DNA from: Antedon mediterranea | Lineage: Eukaryota; Animalia; Echinodermata | Length of the DNA: 64,000 bases | Direction of reading: 5' to 3' | Assembly (NCBI RefSeq): GCF_964355755.1 | Contig: NC_092676.1 | Location: forward strand, 6,487,888 to 6,551,887 | Shown: positions 1 to 12,942 of the stretch, one piece after another | Position numbering within the stretch: the first letter of the stretch is position 1 | Layout: each line of letters opens with the position of its first letter | Translations under genes and position numbers: made by a program | Notes under the pieces: generated by a model | What the model saw: only the letters and a program-made list of their open reading frames with translations | What the model was told of the DNA's origin: nothing | Databases searched by the model: none

Positions 1-300
1 TCATGTGAAAAGTTCTGTTTTCCCTTTTATGTTTGCCATCCATATTGTTTTTGGTTGTCCTTTTGGTCTTTCTCTGAGACCATACCATGTCAGCCTTTTT
101 CCTTACATTCTTACTCCAGTCTTTCCAATATTTTTTGAAAATTGTCATCATTCCGTTGCGAACTATAATAATGTTATAATCAGTATCATATAATTATGAT
201 TCTGATCTTTTGTTTTGATTTTAAATAATCTTTTTTAAATATAGAAACGACCCATTTGGCCTCTTATGGCCTATTATGCATTGCCAATTTCTGTTTTTCA

Positions 301-480
301 TGTGATGTGCCCAAATATGGTAGTGATATGCCCAAATATGGTAGTGATATGCCCAAATATGGTAGTGATATGCCCAAATATGGTAGTGATGTGCCCAAAT
401 ATGGTAGTGATATGCCCAAATATGGTAGTGATATGACATCATCATATCCATTTGAGCACGTCACATTTTTTTTTCACATA
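301..480. repeat. 21-bp tandem repeat (6 copies, GTGATATGCCCAAATATGGTA), expanded internal part of MITE family A
   Basis: CCAAATATGG recurs at 311, 332, 353, 374, 395 and 416. It is followed by the same 'gacatcatcat..ccat..gcac.tcaca' core as intact family A copies. Confidence 0.9.
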
Positions 481-1778
481 AAATTCATTGCCATTCTAGT
501 TGATTTTCCACATGAATATATTACTATTACTACGCCTTGAAATAACTTGGCAATTTTCCTACGTTTCCTCTCTGTAATATTTACCTTCGAAAAAGGAAAT
601 TCCATCCGAGTGTGGTGATGTAGCCTCAAACCAAATCGGTAGCCTAGCGTTTGGCACGAACAAAATGGAAATTAATAGTCAGTTGGTGCAAACGCATGTG
701 AACAAATATCGTGATATTTAGGCCAATTTTTACCAAGTTCAAGAATTCTGAACATTTAGGATTTTACAAAGCGAGAAATTCCAAGTTTTTCCGCTTCCCG
801 CGTTGCTTATAATATTATAAATAGGCCTTCTATTTGTTAACGATTTAATTTGCCATTCAATTCTATAGTAATTTTGTAGACAGGCCAGATAATGGTATAG
901 AATTCCTGAAGAGCTCAAATTATTGAATAAAAATTGTCATATTCGTGTTCAATTTTCCATCTAAAGTATTTCAAAGTTAGGTGAAAAGAAACTGAATAAT
1001 GCTTAGACCATTGGTCATGGTAGATAATGGGTATATACAACCATGGAATAAATTAAAATCAAGGAATAATTATTTTTATTTTGACTTAACGTTAAATATT
1101 TCTACAAAAATATGATTCAACAGTATTCAGTAAGGTAATTCCAATTTTTAGAAAAATGTTTTGACTGTTCAAACAGGGAAGAGTACATCCCTGGTTCAAC
1201 TGCTTGAGGGTGATTCATCCTATATCAAGATTAACAATAAAGTTCGAAATATAGAATCATAATTACTTGTCTCACTTTTTTTCAGAAAGTGTTTTACATT
1301 TTCCAACTCCGTGAACCATCTTATTCCCTTCAAACGTTATATGGCCTACTAATATACTATAACTGACATTTATACATTTTAACTGAACATTTTGTAGCCA
1401 ACACATGTTATATATTTTCTAATATTAGGATTATATATAACAGTTAATTAGCATTACGAATACTAAGTGACAGTGTTGACAGGATAGTAACCAGTCCCCT
1501 GGACTGCGTCAATTCATTCGCCCCGGGATCGGAGTCTGTTCAGGTGACCGCTTGTTTTCTCGAGCAAATCTCATACTGGGCTGTATTTAGGTTTATTTAT
1601 CTACTGCATTTTAATGTTGCAAGTCATAAGAAAGGAATTTAATTTTCAAACGTGATAATAAAGTTATTATTAAAACTGCAACGGCATATTATTGCAACTA
1701 ATTATGGTGTTAATTACAATTAACATTTAGGCACTAACTCGGTTCAGTTCATGCTTTCCAAAAGTACAGCGTTTGTAA

Positions 1779-1897
1779 AGCGTCGTGGTTCCCACTAGAT
1801 ACGCAACGTATAATAATAATAATCCATCACTTGTGATTGATCAAATCACTTGCATTGCGTTACAACCTTGCGTTGCGTCGCTAGTGGGAACCAAGCT
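1779..1897. mobile_element. MITE family B (short copy), PIF/Harbinger-like
   Basis: TIRs GTGGTTCCCACTAG / CTAGTGGGAACCAAGCT with TAA on both flanks. Homologous to copies at 5572 and 37209. Confidence 0.8.
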
Positions 1898-3251
1898 TAA
1901 AAGACGGAAGAGAACCACGCATGGAAATGTCTCCATACTTTACACGCAGCATGAAGGGAAACGTTCATCCACTTCCTCTAGAGACTGACCAACTTTTGTT
2001 TCAAGTGTGTGGAGTGATTCATAAATAAGAGATGATCATGTTCCCATTGTTCGTTTAATAAACTGAAAAGTGTCCCATTATTATATAGGATTCCCCTTGA
2101 AGGATTGTACCCTGAATAGAGGGGTTTTACCAGGTTTTGCATAAATAACCAAACCAAAAGCTATAACCAAAATAGTGTTTTAGTTAAAATTTAACTCTGA
2201 AAACAAGGACTTCCGTTGGAGGCACGTTGAGTGTGTATAATTGTAAATACCAAATATGTCTGTCAATTATTAATTATTGAACATTTGACTTATATCACTT
2301 TGAGATATATCTCGTTCTGGTAATCAAAATATCTGCGATGAATGCCTGGCTACAGTTAAAACATTTTCTTGTTATGGGTATAAAGATTACAGTGGTACTG
2401 GTGAGCGTGTGCCATGAGTAGACGGGTGAGCTGTCTCGAAGTTAAATCTTCAACAATTTAACCAACATTTTAAAACAAAATAACTTCAGTCTTGTCAACT
2501 ATGATTAAAAGAGAAATGTAAAGAAAAAGTATCAGCAACACTACAGTACCAATAAAAACAAAGATCGAAAGGGATTTACATTATATTAATGTTTTAATAT
2601 TAATAATATCCATATTTTATATATTTTTTTTTTGATTCAACCTCAAATCAAGGCCAATAAATATTATTTCATGTGTGTATGCCAATATTGCCATTTCAAT
2701 TATGACTTCACCCATGTGGCACGGTAGCCATTCATCTGCTACACGGTGTATTCATAACGAAATGTGGTTTGTATTTGTTCCTCGTCCACATTGAATAGAG
2801 TAATTTGTCAAATATTTTATTGCCTTTTAATTACAAGTCCTCGTGAGTGGTAGAATAATTAAAAAATAATAATAACATATGTAATTGAAATGTAGAATGT
2901 CAACATCTCGGCAAGGCATCTTTCAAAGACTCAACATGTAGTTTATTTTTACAATTGATTCCACATTTAAAAGTTGATCAACAATAATGTGAAGAGGGTT
3001 AGGCCACACAGTACACGTCACTTTGCTGTGAATGTATAATTGTTTTGAGTAGATCTAAGAACGTTGTAATCTTGTTGGGTTGAACGTCTTTTGGTACAGT
3101 GCATTTGGCTCAAATCAGCTGCGAATTAGGCCTATACAAAATAAATGTTTTTTTAGTAACTTAGAGACAATAGTTTAAAGCATTGTATTATAGTTATTGT
3201 TTTGCCTCGTGGCATTAACACTAACAATGCTTTTTGATGCAAGCAAACTTA

Positions 3252-3391
3252 AGCTCTGTCTACACTATCAAAGTTTATATGACAACAAAAATGTGATGTG
3301 TCCATATATGGACATGATGATGTCATATCACTGCCATATTTGGGAATATCACACCTTTTGTATCCACTAGTTTGATAGTGTAGACAGAGCT
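3252..3391. mobile_element. MITE family A, PIF/Harbinger-like
   Basis: TIRs AGCTCTGTCTACACTATCAAA / TTTGATAGTGTAGACAGAGCT; internal CCATATATGG and CCATATTTGG. Confidence 0.88.
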
Positions 3392-3562
3392 TTTTAGACA
3401 TTTCCTTGATTGGTGTCTATTAATATAACGTACGTTCTGTCAATCAAATATGTTTGACCTAAACGTCAAATTTAATAAAAATTATTTTCTCTAAATTGTG
3501 ACATTTAAATTAACCGGTCGATATTAACTTTGGTTTAGTGCGGATACAGCTTGATGGTTAAC

Positions 3563-3825
3563 GAGCATGGTGGTTAACATGCTTGTCTTCCAATCCCAAG
3601 GTCCAGGGTTCAATCCTGACCTAGTACCCGGGTTCAATCCTGACCTAGTACCCGGGTTCAATCGACCTAGTGCCATGGTTCAATCCTGACCTAGTGCCAT
3701 GGTTCAATACTGACCTAGTGCCAGGGTTTAATCCTGACCTAGTGCCAGGGTTCAATCCTGACCATGGTCCAGGGTTCAATCCTGACCAAGGTCCAGGGTT
3801 CAATCCTGACATAATGCCAGGTTGT
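3563..3825 (+). repeat. tRNA-like (Gly-like) head followed by ~10 copies of a 24-bp T-arm/B-box tandem repeat
   Basis: GCATGGTGGTTAACATGCTTGTCTTCCAA...GGTCCAGGGTTCAATCCTGAC resembles a tRNA A-box/B-box head. The unit GGGTTCAATCCTGACCTAGTRCC(A/C) is then repeated; the PGFNPDLV ORF repeat is a by-product. Confidence 0.75.
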
Positions 3826-5571
3826 AACTCACAACTCTTTTCTACTCCACTCCTTGATAAGCCTAATGGAACTTATAGTTATAAGCACGGTAGGCCTACG
3901 TATATAGTCTAATTGTATCCGCCTGGAAATTAGTGACTTCTTACTGTTGGATTGAAAAAAAACCAATTTGACCCTTAGTAACAATTTCTGCCGACCTAAA
4001 TGTTACTAATAACATGTTTAGGCTTAACGTCATAAGTTATAATCATGAGAAATGAAAAGGAAGAAAATAGTGATGGGGGTTTGCGAGAGGGATGGCCAAT
4101 TAAACCGATAACATGATTCAAAATACTTATCTCCGTATTTCGTGATATACTTACCAATAAACCAATCGTATCTGAAACTGTTTCAAATCTAAGACAAACC
4201 TACACGAACCAATTCGATCTTTCTCTGTATGAAGCATCACGCATGCGTCAAATTCTGATGATATTTGTTTAAAAAAGGCACGTAATTGTAATCCTATTAT
4301 TCAATCTAATTTTTCTTAATTTCAGATGAACTGTGTGTATACTTTGCATTGTGTTTAGCCATTGGTTATAGTGTCGGATCAATATCGTTAAATCATTAGC
4401 TATTGGTCCGGGTAATTTTTGTGTAGGCACGCATATTCAGTACGTATAGTGCGCACGTATTATTTAATCCACGTACACTCTACAGTATAATCAACCGATG
4501 TGACAATTACTATATATTTGGAAGAGTATTTCTGTACACCATAGGACAAAACAAACACCTTTTACACTTTAGAAATCGCCAGAGGTGTCACAACTATTTA
4601 GTATAACTCGTGCGTACTATCAACGCAGGTGTAAATACGACGACACTGGCCTAAATAATTAACATTGGCGTTCACCTGTTTGCTACTTTGTCTGCCACTC
4701 AATCAACCCCCTGACGGGTAGTAATAGACGTCAACTCAGGTAATGGAATGCGTTTTGACTTGGGCTATTCGGCCTAGGAATCATTGTTACTTATCAGGAG
4801 AAATCATTTATGAATACTAACTAGATTAGTCGAGCGGGTTTTTGGTACGACTTGTCTTTTAATGTATATTAGCTTGCAACCTTTGAGAAGGGCTTGGGTA
4901 GGTCAGCGCGGAGAGCCATCCCATTGGATTTTGAAGGAAAAAACCTATACCACAATTTAATATTAGGCCTATATGGTTGCCAAAATCTGTAACCGCTAAG
5001 TTGTTGAACAGGCATTTAAATGGAAAATATTGTTCCACTATTCGTAGAGAATATGTATAACTTTGTTTTTGACACATATTTAAACAAATTACTCCGTGTC
5101 TGATAAAGCATGACACTCTAGACGGCTGCTGTCTATTGTACACACACACACACAAAACGGATTTATTAAAAAAAAAAACAGGCTGTTCATTTCAAATGTA
5201 ATTTTGTGGACATAATGTCCACGATTCATGACGAAATAGTCAACCGTAGAACCGCTTTCCCTCAAAGTTTACATGCGAAGTCAAATTTATATAATATAAT
5301 GTCATTGGATATAGCATTGCCGGATATAATGAATTATAACTTCTACAGGAAGAGCTGTTTTTTCTCTATGTATCACGTGATTCAAAACAGAAATGTAGTA
5401 CGTTAACCAGTCCACTTTCGTATTTACCATAATTTGTTGCAGTGATGTTTTCCTTGGTGTACGACGACGTTCAGTTGTGCGTCCATCCAAAAAATGTCAG
5501 ATTCACAATGTTCGGGAAAACTTCGATTCAAAGAATTATAGGAGAACCGCTAGGGTCTCACTCTCCCTTTA

Positions 5572-5754
5572 AGCTTGGTTCCCACTGGAACGTAACGCAA
5601 GGACGTAAACGCAACGCAAGCGTTTTAACCAATGACAAGCGAAGTTATAGACAGTTAGCAATCACAAGCGAATAATAAGCCATCGCTTGTGATTGGTCAA
5701 TTCACTTGTGTTGCGTTACGTCCTTGTGTTGCGTCGCTAGTGGGAACCACGCCT
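5572..5754. mobile_element. MITE family B, PIF/Harbinger-like
   Basis: Long palindromic element AGCTTGGTTCCCACTGG...CTAGTGGGAACCACGCCT with TTA/TAA flanks. Confidence 0.85.
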
Positions 5755-6830
5755 TAAGAAACACAAAGACGAATGGTCAAATCACACATATGGGGCACAT
5801 AGGCAAAGAGCTCGGAATTACTTTATTTGTAAATCTGTTTTAGGTTGGTTTATGTTTATTGGTGTCCACTGACCTAATTTTTTTCACCACTTATTTTTAC
5901 AGATGCAACTATTTTGACACTATCGTTGTAAGCTTACCAAAACATACAAAGTTTGTTTAATTCAATACGGTAACTAAAAGTAAAAGACTTGTTGATGAAT
6001 TTATTGAATTTATCCAGGTCATAGTTATGGAATTGATTACTCGATTAACATAACTTGTCCACACAAAATCTGCAGAAAGTTTTATACAGTCCGGCGTAAT
6101 TTAGGCCGGTAAGAGATCATTTACTATAGTAGGCAAACTCGTTGTAACAAACAGTGTGTATTATTACAAACACCCCTCCCACCATAAAAAGAACTCCGGT
6201 TAAAGATTAACTGCAGCGGAATAATTTGACATGATCCCTAACTGTGCACAACTCCATTCAGCAGACACAGATCAATCGGTGCATGATCGGTCGGTTGGTC
6301 TATATGTCCTTCAGTTAGTCGGTCGGTTATTATTTTTAGCGATGAACGACCCCCCCCCCCCGCCCTCTCTTTGTTTTAAATTTAGCCAACGAAATTTTTA
6401 GTTCAGTAAGTTCTTAAAGTAGGCTACCTCATGCGCTTGTGTGGTAAAAATAATATTTATCGAAAATGTTTGTGGTTGATTCGCTGTGATTGTGTTCTCT
6501 AAGAAAACATACATTGTCGGTAATGTCGCGTTGTAATGATCCGTTTCGGTATTTCAGGAGTGAGAACAATGAACAATGGCACCCTGAATTTCATAATGTA
6601 CTTTGGAAGATTTTCACACAATTATATCCCATTCACATTGCCTATTAGCAGAAATCTGGAGTTTGCACACACTGGGCGAACACTATACAAAACGCCAGTG
6701 TCAATGTGATTTGCTGTAAGCATGGAGGTATATATATCCAGTTGGTAAATATTAGGCCTACGACCAACATCGGCATCCAGAGGATCTCTGTTCAAAACTA
6801 TTATTGATTGCCGTACCTAATGAGAAATTA

Positions 6831-7020
6831 TGTAAGGGCGTGTGGCGCATGTTGGACGTTCGACTACTGATCGTGAGATCGAGTTTCGAATCCAACTCTC
6901 GAATCCTCTCTTCACCCAGATAGATCAAGACACAACTTTGCGCTGATTATTATACTGAGTAATAATATGTTCAGCGCTTAGAGGTTTAGCGCTATATAAA
7001 TCCAGGATATTATTATTATT
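6831..7020 (+). mobile_element. tRNA-derived SINE, internally deleted copy of the 7897 family
   Basis: Same head (tgtaagggcgtgtggcgca..gagtttcgaatcc) and L2-like tail (cagcgcttagagg..gcgctatataaat..tattattatt) as 7897-8205. Confidence 0.75.
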
Positions 7021-7112
7021 AAACAACTACCGTAGGACAGTCAATATAAAAATTGAGAATTAGAATTCTGTTTTTAAATTTGTCCTAAAAACAAACGTTT
7101 AATATTATATAT

Positions 7113-7300
7113 ACAGTAGTAGAACCCGTCTTCTAGACCACCCCCCCCCCCCACCCCTCAGAAGACCCTTCTCCCTCCCCTATCAAAGGGACACTTTCCT
7201 GTGAAACTAACGATATAATTATGAACACTACCGCCGATCCATATTCTGGTAACACCCGGAATAAATTGGATACTTTGTTGGGCATCGAAGGTGTCCCCGT
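7113..7300. mobile_element. Degenerate Tc1/mariner-like MITE (family C)
   Basis: TA-CAGTAG(TAG)AACCC start and 'aagggacactttcctgtgaaa' core. Related pieces at ~22696-22850, 28643-28750, 32440-32612 and 53595-53790. Confidence 0.55.
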
Positions 7301-7896
7301 AATAGTGGATCTACTTTTTCACTAACATCCAGTGTGTGTATCATGTGAATTAAAAATGGACTTTCCCCACAAATGAGAACAAAACAACTTTAAATATTAT
7401 TATAAGTAAAGTGATTATAAGCATGGTGATTTATTTTTCGTAATGTTTTTGTTGTTGTTTTCTTAATTACGATAATTTTATCAATGTCGAGCTAATTATT
7501 GTTGACTAATTTTGCCAAGCTGGTTTTTATTAACAACATGTGGATGTTTCTTTTCACGCTCAGCTTCATTTAAGTACCGCAATGTTGTTCTAATTAGGAT
7601 GTTTTTCAACACAATTTAAGGAAACACTCAAGGTTGACCAAAAAAATGTGTTGTTAGGCCTATATTAGAGCATACAACCCAATGTTATTATTTACTGGCG
7701 GTGCATGCCAGATTGTTGGTACGGTGGAGCGCTAATATTTGGTTGGCGTAGATCGGGTACGATTATTAGATCCAGGGCGCGCAAGTTTTCTCAGTGACGA
7801 TTTGATCATATATGTTTCTGTATATGGCTTAACTATCTCCAAGCATCGAGGAAACAATTAAAACATATTTTCTCCATGCTCCAAAATTAGAATATT

Positions 7897-8205
7897 GTGT
7901 AAGGGTGTGTTGCGCAGTGGGTTGGACGTTGGACTACTAATCGTGAGATCGCGGTTTGAATCCAACTCTGCTGCATTGCTTGTATTCTTAGGAAATATAC
8001 GTTACTTGTACGTTTTCCTCTCTCCACCCAGGTGTATAAATGGCTACCCGGTTAGATCAAGACAAAGCTTTGCGCTGATTACTAGCTGCATTATGGGAGT
8101 ATGTTTCGAATATACTACGTGTTTGATGCAAAAATGATCGGGGTAATAATGTTCAGCGCTTAGAGGTTTCACATTAGACGCTATATAAATCGAGGATATT
8201 ATTAT
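7897..8205 (+). mobile_element. tRNA-derived SINE with Meta-domain-like centre and L2-like tail
   Basis: A/B-box head (tgttgcgcagtgg..ggtttgaatcc); central CTCTCCACCCAGGTGTATAAATGGCTACCC recalled as MetaSINE core; tail gcgcttagag..gacgctatataaat..tattattat. Confidence 0.75.
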
Positions 8206-9794
8206 ATTTGTTGGTATACGCTTTTTATTTTGTGTGTACGGAATGTGCGGATGCAATAACGAGAAAACGTGTACACCCCTTACCACAGTATTTTAAGGTA
8301 TCATGCCTAGTACACTAAATCATTCTGCATATACTGTTAAATGATATTAACATCAAAAACAGTTTTCCGTGAAGAATTTCATTTATTTTGTAAAGGGATG
8401 TGGATATGCTATAACATAAATTAATACGACACGTTTTTCATTTTGTGCTGTATTTATGTATGGAGATATACTGATAATTTGAACATGTTGGAATGTTATG
8501 GTCTGATCCAGAATTGAACTCGCAACAACCCTGGAAATATAATGTTACCCTGGCACGATGTTAAAAAGCTGGTAGTTAGGGTATTTGCTCCATAAAAATA
8601 CAACAATAATGATTAATACAATTCAATAGGCCTAATGTTGTCAAAAGATTCAGTGAATTCTTGGTAACGTGTTGTATATAATGCTTGTTTCCCACTATAG
8701 AGCACATGTAAAACATGTTACGCCTGTATTATGCGCCTTTAACCTTAACCAAACCTCCCGTGAATCATTCAGTACATGAAACACATGATGCTGTAATACG
8801 GAATTAGCCTTCAGGTATTGATTAACCAGGATGCTACTTCCACCCAGTTTAATGTGAACTCGCCAAATCGCCAAAATCCCACTCACTCCTGTTTTTTTAG
8901 TCGTCTCAAATCAAAAGCATTTTACAAAGTGCAACGATTATTACAAAGTGTGACGTAAAATGTGTCGTAGTGGGAACCAAGGCTTTTTGGAAGTCTCACC
9001 CATCTTGCGACTTGAAAATTAATTATAACATTGGTGTTATTATTAGCTATGTAAGCATAGTCTACAATAGGCAAAACCAAGTCCAAGTTCGGATTTCGAC
9101 TGATTGAAGTTTCCTAACTCTTACCCGCCTTCTCTTCTTTTCTCACCCATCAAGCTTTAATTAAAGGACAAGTTATATTATAAGTCCCTATAGACAAGTT
9201 ATCTTTCAAGTCCCTATAGACACGGGATCAGAATAATTATCACAACCATGCATAATATCGTAATTAAATTATGGCTGTCTCCGAATGAATTATTGTAGCT
9301 AACATCAGAGAACGTGTCTTAAATTAGACATATCGTCACGGAATAGCCAGGGAGATGGGACCCTTGTCAAAGGGCGGATCAAAGACATGGGAAGGGAGGA
9401 AAAGAAGGATTGATCCAAGGCTTTTTTATTTTACATAAATTAATTAATCATACTAAAATGTAAACAAATTGTAACTGAGGACTTGTTTTGAAAATGATTT
9501 ATAAACTGTCTTTAATTTAATAATAAGAAGAGGTCACACTTAGTTTTGGATGTCCAACTATTGATATATATATTTATAATACAAACAATACTATATTTTA
9601 ATCATCACCCAGACGATTCAAAACATCCGCGTAAACCCAACGTGCACGTAAAATGCGCGCTAATGTCTATGTTGTGGATGTCATACAATTTAGCATTGTG
9701 ACATTACCGGACACACCCTTAGTCACATAATTTTCACATGCTAACGTCAACTAAAAAAGATATGAATGTATCATTTCTGAAAGATGAGCAAGTC

Positions 9795-10160
9795 ATATGG
9801 CCGAGCGGTTAAGGCAGGGGCGCCGTTTATCGTACCTAAAGAGCCAACAACAACATCGGCAAGGGTTCGAGGCCGACTCGCTCCTAGTTCTGGTGGTGGA
9901 ACAAGTCTTCTCGGATAAGGACTATAAACCGTAGGTCCAGTGTACACAGTTATAACCTGTGTGTACTTTAAAGAACCCAGTTCATTATTCGAAAAAGAGT
10001 AGGGGGTTACCCCGGTGAACTGGTTCACACAATAGCCTCTGTATCAGGGGGATTACCACCTATCTGATAGGACAGTGATTAATTCACTATTGGTAATCCT
10101 TGGCCACAGTGCCTAAAGACATAAAATAAAATAAAATAAATAAAATAAAATAAATAAAAA
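9795..10160 (+). mobile_element. tRNA-derived DeuSINE (Deu/Nin domain) with (TAAAA)n tail
   Basis: A-box TGGCCGAGCGG and B-box GGTTCGAGGCC. Core tcggataaggactataaaccgtaggtcc...ttaaagaaccc..attcgaaaaagagtaggggg..ccccggtg resembles the Deu domain as recalled. Microsatellite tail present. Confidence 0.8.
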
Positions 10161-11220
10161 GAACATATTAACATTTTGAAGAACTACTATTTGATATCTA
10201 TCATAGGCCTACAGTAAGTATATTAAACGCAAGCAATATTATGTAATTATTATATACAAGACACAGATTGACGCCGCATCACCCATCATGCAGATACAGA
10301 CGGTCATTTCCTAGGAAATTAAATCCCCCCTTCAAAGCATCCCCATGAGTCACGGTGACGGAACTGTACTCTGTGAAAAAGTTGGTAAAAATATAGATAT
10401 ATTGTTATTTTTTTTTTAATTCAGTTGTCAACCAACAGCGATGAAACCGTCAAGTTTTAGGCCTATAGCAAAAGTCAAAATAAATACAAATCGTAACAAA
10501 AGGAAAATTGATTCCTAAAGCGAAGGCCGAAACACTCGGACTCCTTGATGTTTCCCTTCCCTCCAACCCATGTCGCCCGAAACATACACATGTCTAGGCC
10601 TGTCGATACGAATAGAAATTTAATTGAAAATAAATAAATGTAAATATTTGATTTTACCGGTTTATCTGCCTTTTGATTGGTAATTGTTTTGGTTCTTCAT
10701 GTTCGAGATAAAATTCCCTTTACTTTTATAATGGTATACATAGGTTATTATTTATTACACAATTTGAATCAAGGTCAGATTGCCAGACTTTTGGGTTTGT
10801 TTGAACAAAATCTATTAACTATGTTCACCTTCTCCTCTCTTGAGAATGTTCGACCTTTTAATTATTTTGAAGTTGCCAGGAAAAAGTTCAAACGGTTGAT
10901 ATAATGTATCACATAAATCAACCATTATGTTTAGTATAGCATATATGGGATGTTTTAATAGTACGCAGACTGGGACTCCACCACCATAAAGGAAAATAAA
11001 CGTGATAATGTGTTGTCAAACATGAATAAACATTATATATGTTATGAAATTTTCCTGACATCAACGAAATACCTTCAGAAATAGCATATGTAGAGACAAC
11101 GAGAACTTCTAAAAAGTGTTAATTTGAATTCTGCTTAACTAAAGCTATTGCGCGCCGCCATGTTTTTATGCGCTCACCATATAATTTCAACAAAGCATAG
11201 GATCTGTTTTAAAGTGCCTA

Positions 11221-11361
11221 AAACTCGGTCTAAACTATTAAACTAGTGACAAAAATGTGTGATGTGCCCAAATATGGTTGTGATATGACATCACCATGTC
11301 CATATATGGCCACAACACTTTTTTTTTTGTCACATAAAGTTTGATAGTGTAGACAAGGCTT
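11221..11361. mobile_element. MITE family A copy
   Basis: Degenerate left TIR, right TIR tttgatagtgtagacaaggct; internal CCAAATATGG and CCATATATGG. Confidence 0.8.
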
Positions 11362-11906
11362 TATGCCTATTTGAACTTCAAAATAATATAGAATATACCA
11401 AACTATGTTGTTACTGCTATCACAAGAGTACATCTATTTTTAAAGTAACATGAATCTGTTATCAAACGTTATCTGTTCTTATTCCCTCCTTTAGGCCCAA
11501 CAACAGGTGTTGTGTCGTCTAAACAGCAGTTCGTGCAAACTTCCTCGGGAATTATGCCTTAAATATGCCTTTAAAATAATCTGTCCTCGCTTAGACAGGA
11601 AGATACCCATTTGACACTCACTAAGGAAACCGTATACACCTCAATAACTATTTAATTGGTCTCGATAGATTTCTTTCTCGAGAAAAAATGAAAATGGATC
11701 GTCTACCTTTATTGGGAAAATTGGTTCGTTTTTTAAAACTTTGTGTCGAATCGATTTAACATTTTGATTTGCAAGAACTGTTGGAATGAAAAACGAGAGT
11801 GATAAATTAGATTTTAGGGAGTGCGTTTCGGGTCAAGTCATGGAGTTAAGTTCACTGAACCATTTCTTAATTTAAGAACATTCAATTCATCGTCTGTCGA
11901 AACATA

Positions 11907-12193
11907 CCGTATTTTATTCGCCTCCCTCGAATAAACGCCTCCATAGAAAAACATTTTCAATAAACGTCCCCCACCCCCTCGAATAAATACACGTATCTTG
12001 TATTACAAGACATTTCTATTCGTAGTGTAGTACATTGATTGTAATCTACAATTTACCAAGCATTAAAGCCATTACACCCCAAAAAAAATAAACGCCTCCC
12101 CCGAATAAACGCCTCGAATAAATTCCCCCCACCAACCTAAAAAAAACCCTCACGAACAATAAAAGCCCCCGGGCGTTTATTCAAATAATACGG
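11907..12193. mobile_element. Tc1/mariner/pogo-type MITE
   Basis: TA|CCGTATT...AATACGG|TA termini with internal GAATAAACGCC subrepeats in both orientations. Confidence 0.75.
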
Positions 12194-12835
12194 TATTCGA
12201 ACGTACAATACACTGTTATAATATTTAGATCACTGCATGGGGCTATATAAATGTGTGTGTTAACGTGATATTGATTAATCTGTAAGTGTATACACAGAGA
12301 CCGAAAGTCAGTGACCTAAACAACATTAAATAAACTAATAATATAGCTTTCGTTACAGTATGATTCGATTTATACAATCCAATATTAAATAAACTTTAGA
12401 TATAATCTTCAAGAAATCCAAAACCGTAATCCATATCTAAAATACTTTTGAGAAACTAAAATCACTCATTCAATACTATTATGCGCTTGCATGGAGCGCT
12501 ATACATTTTAGTTTTCCAGAAAGTGATTGATGAAATTAACGAAATACAACAGTCACGTTATATTAAGTATGTTATTTCTGCTGTAATGATTCCACAACAG
12601 ATGTCTGCACATGCAGTAGTAACATTGAGACTTTATACTTTTAAAGTCGTAATTTAAATGTTTCCTTTAGGTCTACTGGACAAATTAGATTTCAAATAAT
12701 TATTATAAGATAGACGATTCCCAGCGTTTTGATATTTTAATCAGCAACCAGTCTGTGTTACGTGTTCTTTGTTGAAGTTGACCCCATTGGCGTTCCATAT
12801 TACTACTAATAGGAACTTTGGTACGTGTATGCTAT

Positions 12836-12942
12836 GCTTGGATCCCAATAATATAGAGACGCAACACAAAGACGTAACGCAACATTCGCGTGTAATTGCT
12901 TACCTCTACGTCCTTACGTTACGTCCTAGTGGAAACCAAGCT
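12836..12942. mobile_element. MITE family B, degenerate short copy
   Basis: gcttggatcccaata...ctagtggaaaccaagct. Confidence 0.65.

Noticed and set aside
221-540. Repetitive ORFs (DMPKYGS / YHYHIWA / ISLPYLG)
   Set aside because: Translations of the 21-bp MITE-internal repeat; no splice or gene context.
3670-3912. PGFNPDLV repeat protein
   Set aside because: Product of the 24-bp B-box repeat; starts at GTG, with no exon support.
4150-5935. Scattered good splice-site matches (4325-4411 +, 5903-5926 +, donor near 4152 -)
   Set aside because: No coherent reading frame or homology. They could be lncRNA exons, but sequence alone cannot support that.
9795-9885. tRNA gene
   Set aside because: A/B boxes are present but there is no cloverleaf, and it continues into a Deu-domain SINE body.
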